A stretch of 64,000 nucleotides of DNA from Verrucomicrobiales bacterium (GCA_038139415.1 JAYOSV010000019.1:1467-65466); one strand, 5' to 3'; positions 20,960 to 29,874 are shown, counted from the stretch's first letter. Translations and numbers: made by a program. Notes: generated by a model from the letters alone, not told the origin.

Positions 20960-21586
20960 TTAGCCGTTCAGGGCCTCGTAGACGTTGCCGACCATGCCTT
21001 CGTTGGGGGTCAGCGTCTTTTCGCCCGGGGTCCATTTGGCAGGGCAGGCTTCGTCGGGGTTGGCGGCGCAGTGGACGTTTGCTTCCATCACGCGCACGAG
21101 TTCCTCCATGTTGCGGCCCACGTTGTAGAAGTTCACGGTGGCACTTACGAGTTTGCCTTCGGGGCTGATGACAAACGTGCCGCGCAAGGCGAGGCCGGTG
21201 GCATCATCGTATACGCCGAACAGGCTGGACACCACGCCGGTGGTGTCGGCGGCGAGCGTATATTTCACGTCGGTCATCAGCTTCTCTTCATTGCACCAGG
21301 CGAGATGGCTGAACTTGGTGTCGGTGGAAACCCCGATCACCTTGGCGCCGAGCTCGGTGAGCTTGGCATCCTGCGCGGCGAGATCGGCCAGCTCCGTGGG
21401 GCACACGAAGGTGAAATCCGCCGGGTAAAAAACCAGAATCGTCCATTTGCCGTCAGCCTTCAGATCGGCCAGGCTAACCTCCCCGAACTGACCCGTGCTG
21501 GGCTCGAACGTTTCCATTTTGAATTCCGGCACGGTCTCGCCCACGCCTACTGGCAGCATTTCGTCGTAGATTGTTTCGTCTGACAT
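20960..21586 (-). CDS. ahpC: 2-Cys peroxiredoxin (AhpC)
   Basis: FYPADFTFVCPTE, GRN, EACPAKW. Confidence 0.93.
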   Translation of the reverse strand: MSDETIYDEMLPVGVGETVPEFKMETFEPSTGQFGEVSLADLKADGKWTILVFYPADFTFVCPTELADLAAQDAKLTELGAKVIGVSTDTKFSHLAWCNEEKLMTDVKYTLAADTTGVVSSLFGVYDDATGLALRGTFVISPEGKLVSATVNFYNVGRNMEELVRVMEANVHCAANPDEACPAKWTPGEKTLTPNEGMVGNVYEALNG

Positions 21587-21660
21587 ATTTTCTTTGTGTT
21601 GAGGTTAAATCGGTGGCGATGGGATGCCTGAAGTGAGGGCTAATGTCAACCTTCGGCCGT

Positions 21661-23142
21661 TCAATCCTCCCAATCTTTCGCACGGCTCAGTGCCTTGTCC
21701 CAGCCAGCAACAAGCGTGCGACGCGTGGCGGGTTTCATCTGGGGAGCAAACCGGCGGTCCTGTTGCCATTGTTGGGCGATGTCGGTCTTGGATTGCCAGT
21801 AGCCGACAGCTAGGCCGGCGAGGTAGGCGGCGCCGAGGGCGGTGGTTTCGGTAACGCGCGGTCGCACGACCGGTACGTTGAGCAAATCGCTTTGGAACTG
21901 CATCAACAGATTGTTTGCGCTGGCACCTCCGTCCACGCGTAGTTCCTTGAGGCGAAGACCTGCGTCGGCCTCCATGGCCGCGAGCACATCACGCACCTGA
22001 TAGGCGATGCCTTCCAGCGCTGCGCGGGCAATGTGCGCCTTGGTGGCGCCGCGCGTGAGTCCGCAGAGGACGCCGCGCGCGTGTTGATCCCAATGCGGCG
22101 CGCCGAGCCCGGCAAAGGCGGGGACGAGATAGACGTCGCCGTTGTCTTTCACACTGGCGGCGAGCTTTTCGATTTCTTTGGCGTTCTTGAAAAAGCCGAG
22201 GCCATCCCGCAACCACTGTGTTACCGCACCGGCGATGAAGATGCTGCCTTCGAGTGCGAACTCCGTACGGCCACCGATGCGCCAAGCGACGGTGCTGAGC
22301 AAATTGTTTTTCGATACAATCGGCTTCGGGCCTGTTTGCATGAGCATGAAACAACCCGTGCCATAGGTGTTCTTCACCATGCCGGGGCGTGTGCAGCATT
22401 GGCCGAAGAGGGCGGCCTGTTGGTCGCCCGCAATGCCGGCAATGGGTATTCTGCTGCCAAGCAGATTGGTTTCGCCCAAGACTTCACTCGAGCCGCGCAC
22501 CTCGGGTAGCACGCTGCGAGGAACCTTGAATAGCTTCAGTAATTCGGCATCCCAATCGCCGGTGCGCAGATTGTACAGCATCGTGCGCGAGGCGTTGCTG
22601 GCATCAGTGACGTGCACGGTGCCGCCGGTGAGTTTCCAGATGAGCCAGGTGTCGATGGTGCCAAACGCCAGCCGGCCCTGCCGCGCCAAGGCGCGCGCGC
22701 CTTTAACATGCTTGAGCAGCCACGCAATTTTGGTGGCGGAAAAATAAGCGTCGATCACGAGACCCGTTTTGCGGCGGATGGCCGGGGCGTGGCCGGCCGC
22801 CTTGAGGCGGTCGCAGTCCTTGGCCGTGCGGCGGTCTTGCCAGACGATGGCATGGTGGATGGGTTTGCCCGTTTGGCGATCCCACAGCAATGTGGTCTCG
22901 CGCTGGTTAGTAATGCCGATGGCGGCGATCTGTTTGGCGGTCAGTTTGGCTTTGCGTAAGGCGGCTTTGGCGGTGGCTAGTTGGGTTTTCCAAATCGCCT
23001 CGGCATCATGCTCCACCCAGCCGGGCTTCGGAAAGATTTGTGGAAACTCTTTTTGCGCCACGGCTTTCACGCGCCCGGCGCGGTCAAAAACTATCGCTCG
23101 CGAACTAGTCGTGCCTTGGTCGAGTGCGAGAATATATTTCAT
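21661..23142 (-). CDS. glpK: Glycerol kinase
   Basis: [51 protein letters not shown]. Confidence 0.96.
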   Translation of the reverse strand: MKYILALDQGTTSSRAIVFDRAGRVKAVAQKEFPQIFPKPGWVEHDAEAIWKTQLATAKAALRKAKLTAKQIAAIGITNQRETTLLWDRQTGKPIHHAIVWQDRRTAKDCDRLKAAGHAPAIRRKTGLVIDAYFSATKIAWLLKHVKGARALARQGRLAFGTIDTWLIWKLTGGTVHVTDASNASRTMLYNLRTGDWDAELLKLFKVPRSVLPEVRGSSEVLGETNLLGSRIPIAGIAGDQQAALFGQCCTRPGMVKNTYGTGCFMLMQTGPKPIVSKNNLLSTVAWRIGGRTEFALEGSIFIAGAVTQWLRDGLGFFKNAKEIEKLAASVKDNGDVYLVPAFAGLGAPHWDQHARGVLCGLTRGATKAHIARAALEGIAYQVRDVLAAMEADAGLRLKELRVDGGASANNLLMQFQSDLLNVPVVRPRVTETTALGAAYLAGLAVGYWQSKTDIAQQWQQDRRFAPQMKPATRRTLVAGWDKALSRAKDWED

Positions 23143-23918
23143 AACCAAAGCTCTTTATATGTCAGCGCGCCCAGGATACCGCCGGTGATGGGGCCGGCGA
23201 CGGGGATCCATGCGTAGCGCCAGTTGGAATCCCCCTTGCCGGCGATAGGCAGGAGCGCATGGACAATGCGCGGGCCAAGGTCGCGCGCGGGATTGATGGC
23301 ATAGCCGGTGGGGCCGCCGAGGCCCATGCCGATGACAAACACCAGCAGGCCTGCCAGTAGCGGTTTGAGGCTGTACGCCCATTGGTTTTGGATGACCTCG
23401 GCTTTCTTTTGGTGGACTACACCGATGGATTCGCGCACCTCCGGGGTTAGCGAGTCCGCGGAATAAATGGCGAGCAGGCCAAGCACGAGGACGAACGTGC
23501 CCATGGTTTCCGTGAGAAAATTGGCACCGGGCCGGTCAATGGCCGGGCCGGTGGAAAAGACGCCGAGCTTGGTTTTGGGATCGTCGGTGGCTTCCCAGTG
23601 CGGAAGAAAGGCCAGCCAAACGGCTATTGCACCGAGGATGGCTCCAGTAAACTGTCCGGCAATGTAGGCGGGCGCCTTGGCTGATTCCAATTCGCCGATG
23701 CTCACAAGCCCGAGCGTCACGGCGGGGTTGAGGTGGGCTCCGGAAAAATTGAAAACCGCATACGCGCCCATCGCCACGGCCATGCCCCAGCCGGCGGTGG
23801 TGAGAATCCAGCCCGAATCATGGCCGGTGGTTTTTTTTAGGGACACATTGGCATTCACACTTCCTCCTAATAGGATCAACAGAAAAGTGCCGATTAATTC
23901 CGCAGTAAAAATACTCAC
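23139..23918 (-). CDS. glpF: Glycerol uptake facilitator (MIP family)
   Basis: [10 protein letters not shown] and [16 protein letters not shown] boxes; overlaps the glpK start. Confidence 0.93.
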   Translation of the reverse strand: MSIFTAELIGTFLLILLGGSVNANVSLKKTTGHDSGWILTTAGWGMAVAMGAYAVFNFSGAHLNPAVTLGLVSIGELESAKAPAYIAGQFTGAILGAIAVWLAFLPHWEATDDPKTKLGVFSTGPAIDRPGANFLTETMGTFVLVLGLLAIYSADSLTPEVRESIGVVHQKKAEVIQNQWAYSLKPLLAGLLVFVIGMGLGGPTGYAINPARDLGPRIVHALLPIAGKGDSNWRYAWIPVAGPITGGILGALTYKELWL

Positions 23919-24017
23919 GGGCGCAGTGTAGGTTTAGGGCGAGTGACGAAAAGGAAAGATTGGTAACAGCTATGTGAACGCGTAATAATACTTACTATGT
24001 CTACACTTCTTTTTGAC

Positions 24018-26216
24018 TTAAAGCGTCTTTTTTTTAAGCAATTCAATAATTTGCTCATGTTCGCCATCATCGTATTTTGCCAATCCTTGCCAAGCCAATT
24101 CCAACGGAGTTTCTCCATCAGAGTTAGGGTGGATGGGATTGGCGCCAAAATGAATTAGGGTTTTTACTGGGGTTAACCTGCCTCGAAAAACCCATTTGTG
24201 AAGGGCTGTTTCCCAGTTTTTATTCATGGTATCCACCGGTAGTTCGGCTTCAATAAGGACTTCCATTACTGAAGAATCATCACAATTGTGTAGAGCTGAG
24301 TTCCCTGAATCATCACAGGCCATCACGTCTGCTCCTCGTTCGATAAGAAGACTGGCGATCGACGCCCTTTGGCAGCCGTGTAGGATCGGGTACCCGTGCT
24401 TGTCTTTGGCTTTTAGGTTTAGTTCGCCGCTATTTATTAAATCAAAAATGCGGTGACGGTCTGTGCCCATACGGATTTCATGGAACTCTTCCTCGGTGGG
24501 GGTAAGGCCTGATATAGGCTCGGGTTCCAGAGTTTCCGTTTGCGTGGGGGCAATCCGAGCGACCTGATCTGCTTCGACTTCGCGATCCTTAACTACTTTT
24601 AAACTGACGGTACAGCCCGCAGCTTCAAGATCGGTCTTAATATCCTCGGCAATCGCCGGATTATAGCCTTGCAAAAGTTGGTCCCGATCCGGCTTGAATT
24701 TTACTGCTTCGAGCACCTCGAAGGTGTTCAGGTTTGGCTTAAGCCGTCGCATGATTTGGGTAGCCTCATAAGTGTCTATGGGTAGTTCCTCAATAATAAC
24801 ACGTGTACCGGATTTCCATTGAACGGCAGGGGTAACGGGGGTGAGTGTTGTGGAAGCTACATCCGGTAATGTAGGTGGCAGTAATGGAAGTTCTGTTTGT
24901 GTGGGGTTGATAAGTTCCTGCAGGTTTTTTATGCGAACACGTTCAATGGCGTATTCTTCTTCAGTGTGATAGGGGCTCACAATGATTCGTTCCGCCGTGA
25001 TTTCTAACGAGTTCGGTTCAAAGAAAATGAGACCTTCTTCACCATTGTTCCTCGTGTAGATCAGTTTCTGACCTGAGGGATCGCCGATAATCTTTCGAGT
25101 CGGCTCGATGACAGGAGGAAGCTCTTCTTCCTCGGTTATTAAGGGGGCCGAGAGGACATCCGGATTGAGTATTCTCTCCCGTAGAATGGAAAATCGGGCT
25201 GTTGTGCCTGTGGCTTGGAGCGCTACATGTGAATCGGTGAGTTCTATCGAACCCGGATCAAAATAAATGACGCCACGATTGCCATTATTTCGGGTGTACA
25301 GCAATTCAGTCCCTGTGGAGTTCCCCACGATAAAGGCCTCAGGTTCCAAAACGGGCGGATTGGATTCTGCAGGGGAATGTTGTTCCTCAAGTGTTGGAGG
25401 TGATGGCTCTATTTCAGGCTCCTGACTCCTTAATACGTAACCACAATTCCAGCAGCGATATTCGCCTTCCCAGAGGCGGACGTTGCTGTCGTTGCAACTA
25501 GGGCAGGAATCTTTGTCTGGGGCTTGTAACGTCGGCTGTTGTGGTTCCGGGTCCTGAGCTTCAGGGTTTACGGTCGACGTGGTTTGAAAACCCAATACTT
25601 CGGGATTGCTAATCCGATCAAAATTAAGATTTTTACCTGCTTTAACTTTTAACAGCAGAACGTTGTTTCTAAATGAAAGACTAATCGAGTCAGGTCTAAC
25701 GCGTGTCTCTTTATTTTCTCCTTTAGAATTAGAATAACGAACGGTTACAGGCTCGTTGGAACGAGGTTGAATCCATTGTGTAATGTTCGTGTCAGGGTTT
25801 TTCCATTGATAGCTTGCGAGAACTGAATTGATCTCCTTGGCATTTGTTTGTGCAGTGATTTCCTCATCCGTATCTTTGCCAAACACCTTATGGACGATAT
25901 ACCCCGCAATGTTTCCGATAATGGACCACCCAATTATAGGGAAAATTGTGAGACTTTTATCTTCGATCATAGCCTCACGGTGCAACCATACACCGCAGAG
26001 GAATCCCAGGGCGGTACACATACTTTTTAGGTTGTCTCTTTTTGAAAAGGCTCTAGGAATATTCTGGAAAACCCAGCCCGCAATTCCTCCTGCAAACGCC
26101 CATCCAACTACTGACCCGAATGCCCAATCAGTTGAACTTCCTCCCATTACATCTGCATAACGGCCGCCGAACAATAGGCCATAAATAAAACCGATAAATG
26201 CCAGTCCAATGATCAT
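24018..26216 (-). CDS. Multidomain membrane protein: N-terminal TM helices, three WYL-like repeats, Zn ribbon, L7/L12-CTD-like domain, C-terminal ankyrin repeats
   Basis: Hydrophobic aa 1-110; VRYSNSKG..RVRP...FDRISNP, LLYTRNNG...DP...RERILNP and LIYTRNNG...EP...RVRIKN repeats; CPSC..CWNCGY; ...AEDIKTDLEAAGCTVSLK; ankyrin GNSALH, ETALH, GETPLELA. Confidence 0.75.
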   Translation of the reverse strand: MIIGLAFIGFIYGLLFGGRYADVMGGSSTDWAFGSVVGWAFAGGIAGWVFQNIPRAFSKRDNLKSMCTALGFLCGVWLHREAMIEDKSLTIFPIIGWSIIGNIAGYIVHKVFGKDTDEEITAQTNAKEINSVLASYQWKNPDTNITQWIQPRSNEPVTVRYSNSKGENKETRVRPDSISLSFRNNVLLLKVKAGKNLNFDRISNPEVLGFQTTSTVNPEAQDPEPQQPTLQAPDKDSCPSCNDSNVRLWEGEYRCWNCGYVLRSQEPEIEPSPPTLEEQHSPAESNPPVLEPEAFIVGNSTGTELLYTRNNGNRGVIYFDPGSIELTDSHVALQATGTTARFSILRERILNPDVLSAPLITEEEELPPVIEPTRKIIGDPSGQKLIYTRNNGEEGLIFFEPNSLEITAERIIVSPYHTEEEYAIERVRIKNLQELINPTQTELPLLPPTLPDVASTTLTPVTPAVQWKSGTRVIIEELPIDTYEATQIMRRLKPNLNTFEVLEAVKFKPDRDQLLQGYNPAIAEDIKTDLEAAGCTVSLKVVKDREVEADQVARIAPTQTETLEPEPISGLTPTEEEFHEIRMGTDRHRIFDLINSGELNLKAKDKHGYPILHGCQRASIASLLIERGADVMACDDSGNSALHNCDDSSVMEVLIEAELPVDTMNKNWETALHKWVFRGRLTPVKTLIHFGANPIHPNSDGETPLELAWQGLAKYDDGEHEQIIELLKKKTL

Positions 26217-26284
26217 CTGGATACTCTGGGATAATGCCTGATCAATTTCAGTATGTTAACTAAAAACAAAGTTGTTTTGGGCTG

Positions 26285-26965
26285 TTAATGCCGGCTGATT
26301 TGGCATTCGGCCGCTTCCAGTTTCTGCTGGAACGATTGGGCGGTGGCTTCTGGGAGATTCTCCGCGATGGTCTGTGGAGCATGTTTCAACATATCGTAAA
26401 TATCGAATGTACTCAGATCGGGCCTGATCTCCGCGATGATTTTCTTGATCCGATAATAGTTTGGGCCGGGATTGTTCAGCGTGATTGTATAGCCTTCATT
26501 TTTGAGGCTACGAGCCGGTTTGGGTGAACTCTCTCCCTCGATTTCATCAGCCTCGGGAAAAGGGAGGGGCTCAGGGATCGAATCCGCTTCAGTGTATCCG
26601 CACTCCCAGCAGCGCATTTCGCCATTCCATTCGCGCAGGAAGCCATCGCATGAAGGGCAACTTGCTTCATTTTCATTCAGGAAAGATTCTAATGTTGGCG
26701 GGACTGCAGCTTCCGATAATTGGTTGATTACTTTGGTTTTGCCTCCATCCATCATCGATTGAATTTTTTCGCCAATGCTTTGGCCGGCCCATCGAAAGAA
26801 GAGGATCGGGGCAACAAAGCCCATTACAATGATCGTGGGTTCTTGTTCTTTATTCCCGTTTTCGACTAAGGCTACCGCTACGATTAGTCCGCAGATGAAG
26901 CCCACGATGGACCCAATAAAGGTAAAAACTCTCTCGATAATAGGCTTTTTTTTAGAATCATCCAT
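26285..26965 (-). CDS. Two-TM membrane protein with Zn ribbon and C-terminal L7/L12-CTD-like domain
   Basis: Two hydrophobic helices; CPSCDG..CWECGY; YTITLNNPGPN...APQTIAENLPEATAQSFQQKLEAAECQI. Confidence 0.75.
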   Translation of the reverse strand: MDDSKKKPIIERVFTFIGSIVGFICGLIVAVALVENGNKEQEPTIIVMGFVAPILFFRWAGQSIGEKIQSMMDGGKTKVINQLSEAAVPPTLESFLNENEASCPSCDGFLREWNGEMRCWECGYTEADSIPEPLPFPEADEIEGESSPKPARSLKNEGYTITLNNPGPNYYRIKKIIAEIRPDLSTFDIYDMLKHAPQTIAENLPEATAQSFQQKLEAAECQISRH

Positions 26966-26982
26966 TCTATGGATTGGTCTCT

Positions 26983-28065
26983 CTATTTAATCTCCACGGT
27001 GCACCCAGCATCCTCTAGTCGTTTCTTGAATTGAGCAGCTGCATCCGGCTCGAGATTATCTGCGATGGTGTTCGGGAAATCACGCATCAATTGATAGGTA
27101 TCGAATGTCCCCAATTCCGGCCGGATTTCTTGGATGATTTTAGTGGCGTCATAGGTGCCGAGGCCGCAGCTGGTGATGATGAGAGAGACCTGGCCGGAAG
27201 TATTCGGTGCCGGTTCCTCGGCGACGGGTTGGGGCTCGTGCGGGGTGGCTGGTTCCTGCCCCGGAGTTTTTTCAAAGAGCGCTTCGGGATTGCCAATCCG
27301 GGTGCGTTTGAGCGTGATGTACTGAAAGGTCGGCGAGACGCGGACGCGGACAAAATCGCCCTTGTCATCCACCACGCCGGAAATGATTTTGAATTCCTTC
27401 TGCACCCCCTGCCAGTTGGTGTAGTGGATGATGGAGGTATCCGAAGTAGTGGTTTGAACCGGCAGCGGTTCCTTAGGTAACTGCGCCGGAGCCGCCACGC
27501 CCTTGAGGATGCGCGTCTTTGAACGGTTCAGTGAAATGCGCTTAAAGGTAGGTGCCACCCGTACGGAGAAGTGATTGCCTTTTCTCCTGATGGATTTGGG
27601 ATCACCAATGAATTGTTTCAGGTCGCCGGCGTAGTTGAGGTATTCGATGACAATTGTTTTGTCCGAAGAAGGCGGTTGATACGTTTTCTTTTTTTGGGGT
27701 GAGTTATCTGGGGAATCAGGAGTATTACTGGATGCTGCGGTTTGGTCGTTTTGGGTTATATCTACTTTAGCACCGGCCTGTGCCAGTATTTGTCTAGCCT
27801 CAAAAGCTTCTTCTTTGCTGACACCACTTAATAGTGTGCTGGGAGTTGATTCCACAAACTCTTTGGCCTCCTTTAGTCCAAATGAGGGTATTACAGCTCT
27901 TACTGCCTTGATGGATTGAACTTTATTCCCTCCATCTCCAATCAAAATAACTTCGTATGGGCCACTTTGTTTTTGGATGCGAGGAGCCTTTCGTTGTTGG
28001 CGAGGTGATGGTGGATTGGTTGCCTCGCCAAAGATCGATTTTTTTAATTCATCAAATAATCCCAT
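26983..28065 (-). CDS. Protein with two L7/L12-CTD-like domains flanking two WYL-like repeats
   Basis: YEVILIGDGGNKVQSIKAVRAV..FGLKEAKEFVESTP...GVSKEEA...LAQAGAKV is close to the bL12 CTD; IEYLNYAG.. and IHYTNWQG..RVSPTFQYITLKRTRI repeats; C-terminal ..AAQFKKRLEDAGCTVEIK. Confidence 0.8.
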   Translation of the reverse strand: MGLFDELKKSIFGEATNPPSPRQQRKAPRIQKQSGPYEVILIGDGGNKVQSIKAVRAVIPSFGLKEAKEFVESTPSTLLSGVSKEEAFEARQILAQAGAKVDITQNDQTAASSNTPDSPDNSPQKKKTYQPPSSDKTIVIEYLNYAGDLKQFIGDPKSIRRKGNHFSVRVAPTFKRISLNRSKTRILKGVAAPAQLPKEPLPVQTTTSDTSIIHYTNWQGVQKEFKIISGVVDDKGDFVRVRVSPTFQYITLKRTRIGNPEALFEKTPGQEPATPHEPQPVAEEPAPNTSGQVSLIITSCGLGTYDATKIIQEIRPELGTFDTYQLMRDFPNTIADNLEPDAAAQFKKRLEDAGCTVEIK

Positions 28066-28081
28066 AATGGTGCCTTTTTAT

Positions 28082-28397
28082 TTTGATCACGCAACAGCAA
28101 AGGCGACTTAGGTCTTGGACCGACTCCGATCTGGAGTCGTTCCATCGTCTCCAGATCGGAGTCGGTGGATTGCCCTGATTTACCGTAGGCTGGAGCGTTA
28201 ATTCGCTTCAGCGTCCATGATACATCATTGGAGTTCCACCGTCCCATGATGGATCATGGACGATGTCACTAATGCCGGTTAACACTTAGGCACTCTCCCT
28301 CACGAGTGTTGTTTGCCTGTGCTTCCCGGTACAGAGGGAATCGAGCCCGGTATGTTTCCGGGCCGATGGCAGCCGCCTCTGCTGCTGCGCGATCAAA
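28082..28397 (-). ncRNA. Putative RT-associated structured ncRNA (retron msr/msd-like layout) overlapping the RT 3' end
   Basis: 27-nt arms 28371-28397 and 28082-28108 pair fully on the minus strand (23 Watson-Crick + 4 G-U); internal hairpins at 28341-28366, 28323-28340, 28212-28262, 28189-28212 and 28119-28166. Confidence 0.7.
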
Positions 28398-29749
28398 TTT
28401 TTGTTTCGCATTTGGAAAAAGGACGATTCCAAATGGCCATGCTTTAAGAGTCGGCGTCGATGTTGCAGGCTAGGCAAGCCCATAGCCCGGAGACGGCCAA
28501 ATGGCAGTTTTCGGAAATTGCCTTTTTTATGACCATTCCTAAAAGTGACAGAAAGAATTTCTTCGGCTAACCAGCGATCTAATTCTCGGAGCTGTTTTTC
28601 GTCATTCACATGCTTTAGGTAGTAATCAATAACCGCCACGGATCGAAACGTCTCGTTGACCACATCCCGAGCAATATCGACTGCCAATTGCGCCCGGCCA
28701 TTTGCATGCCTTTGTTTACTAAATCGATGGCGTTTCCTGCGGAAAGCGTTCCGAAAGAGATTGCGAATCTTCCGTCCTTTTTCTCGAGCCATTCCCACTG
28801 ACTGGTCAGCCCGAAATTCCAGGCCGAGATGCTGGAATCGGTCGACCGCTTCAAACGCGCCATCCGTGTGGCCGGCGGTTTGTGGGAAGAAAAAATTGCG
28901 GTGAGCTTTGGGCTTGCTTTGTACGCGCAGGCAATCAAAGGCGTCTCCCATTAGTTCGGCTGCTTGCAGTGTGTTGGATCGGTCCGTCGAGAAGGCGAGG
29001 AGATCATCGGCGTACCGGAAATATTTCAGGCCCTTGATTTTGGTCAGTTGCCGGTCAAGCGGGGTTAGGTAGAGGTTGGCAAAGAAACAGGCGATTGCTG
29101 TTCCGAACGCGATCCCTCGGTTAGCGGTGTTTACGGTGAGGCCGTCTTCCTGCAGTACTTCGAACTGGATGCGTTGGCGGAGCAATTTAAATAGGTAATC
29201 ATTCGGCTCGACCCAATCGGCCAGCAGAGTGAGTAGACGTTCGTGATTGATACTCGGGAAATAATCGGCCACATCGCGTTTCACGAAATATAACGGCCGT
29301 GGTAATTGGCGGATGTGCTGCTCGACCCGGTGCTGGCAGCTATCTACCCCGTGGCTACCCATGCGATAAGCAAAACAGCTTTGCTCATACACACTGTGAA
29401 AATATTTGGTGAGCTCCCGGTAGAGCATGAGATCCACAATCCGCTCCTCCCACGGATAGAGATAAATGGTGCGGTCCTTGCCGTTGGTGTTGAAGTGCAG
29501 CTCAATGCCGGGCCGGTAAACAAATTCTCCCCGTGCCAGTTGCCGATGCAGTTGGGCGGTGTTTTGTAGGGAATCGGCCGCGAAATCGTATAGCGTGCGT
29601 CCGTCGTGCGAGCGGCCCAGCGCCTTGCGCCAGGTAAAGAGCGGCTTGGAGTAGGCGCGGATCACTGCCTGATGCAGGGCTAGCTCCGAATAAATTCGGT
29701 CAAACGTGGCCTTTGGGTGTGTGGCCGGTAATGCACAAGACAGATTCAT
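28286..29749 (-). CDS. Stand-alone reverse transcriptase, group II intron-like (not part of an intron)
   Basis: RT motifs: GKDRTIYLYPWEERIV, SCFAYR, VKRDVADYFPSINHERL, GIAFGTAIACFFANLYLTPLD, YFRYADD, FQHLGLEF; basic thumb-like C-terminus; no HNH or Cas1 domain seen. Confidence 0.92.
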   Translation of the reverse strand: MNLSCALPATHPKATFDRIYSELALHQAVIRAYSKPLFTWRKALGRSHDGRTLYDFAADSLQNTAQLHRQLARGEFVYRPGIELHFNTNGKDRTIYLYPWEERIVDLMLYRELTKYFHSVYEQSCFAYRMGSHGVDSCQHRVEQHIRQLPRPLYFVKRDVADYFPSINHERLLTLLADWVEPNDYLFKLLRQRIQFEVLQEDGLTVNTANRGIAFGTAIACFFANLYLTPLDRQLTKIKGLKYFRYADDLLAFSTDRSNTLQAAELMGDAFDCLRVQSKPKAHRNFFFPQTAGHTDGAFEAVDRFQHLGLEFRADQSVGMAREKGRKIRNLFRNAFRRKRHRFSKQRHANGRAQLAVDIARDVVNETFRSVAVIDYYLKHVNDEKQLRELDRWLAEEILSVTFRNGHKKGNFRKLPFGRLRAMGLPSLQHRRRLLKHGHLESSFFQMRNKNLIAQQQRRLPSARKHTGLDSLCTGKHRQTTLVRESA

Positions 29750-29874
29750 CCCGTTTCACGGGCGCGCAGGGTGTAAGCAGATTACCCGTTGGCGGGCAAA
29801 GGGAAATCCTGAGTTGTTCACCAGAAATTGACGATCCCTCATCGGCCCCGTATCATTGGCCCGTGCCAGAAACT

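Noticed and set aside
26983-28065. True ribosomal rplL gene
   Set aside because: No L12 N-terminal dimerisation domain, extra domains present, and not in the rplJ-rplL-rpoB context.
28044-28247. 67-aa ORF inside the structured element
   Set aside because: It runs through the hairpins, has no recognisable motif and overlaps the next gene start; likely incidental.
28082-28397. DGR template/variable repeat pair, since the arm differences can be read as A-to-G
   Set aside because: The arms are inverted and only 27 nt, whereas TR/VR are roughly 100-bp repeats. All four differences are explained by G-U pairing. No avd gene or lectin/Ig target seen; an exhaustive repeat search was not possible by eye.
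28066-29870. Group II intron
   Set aside because: No domain V/VI after the ORF, only ~125 bp before divergent nadA for domains I-III, and no interrupted host gene.
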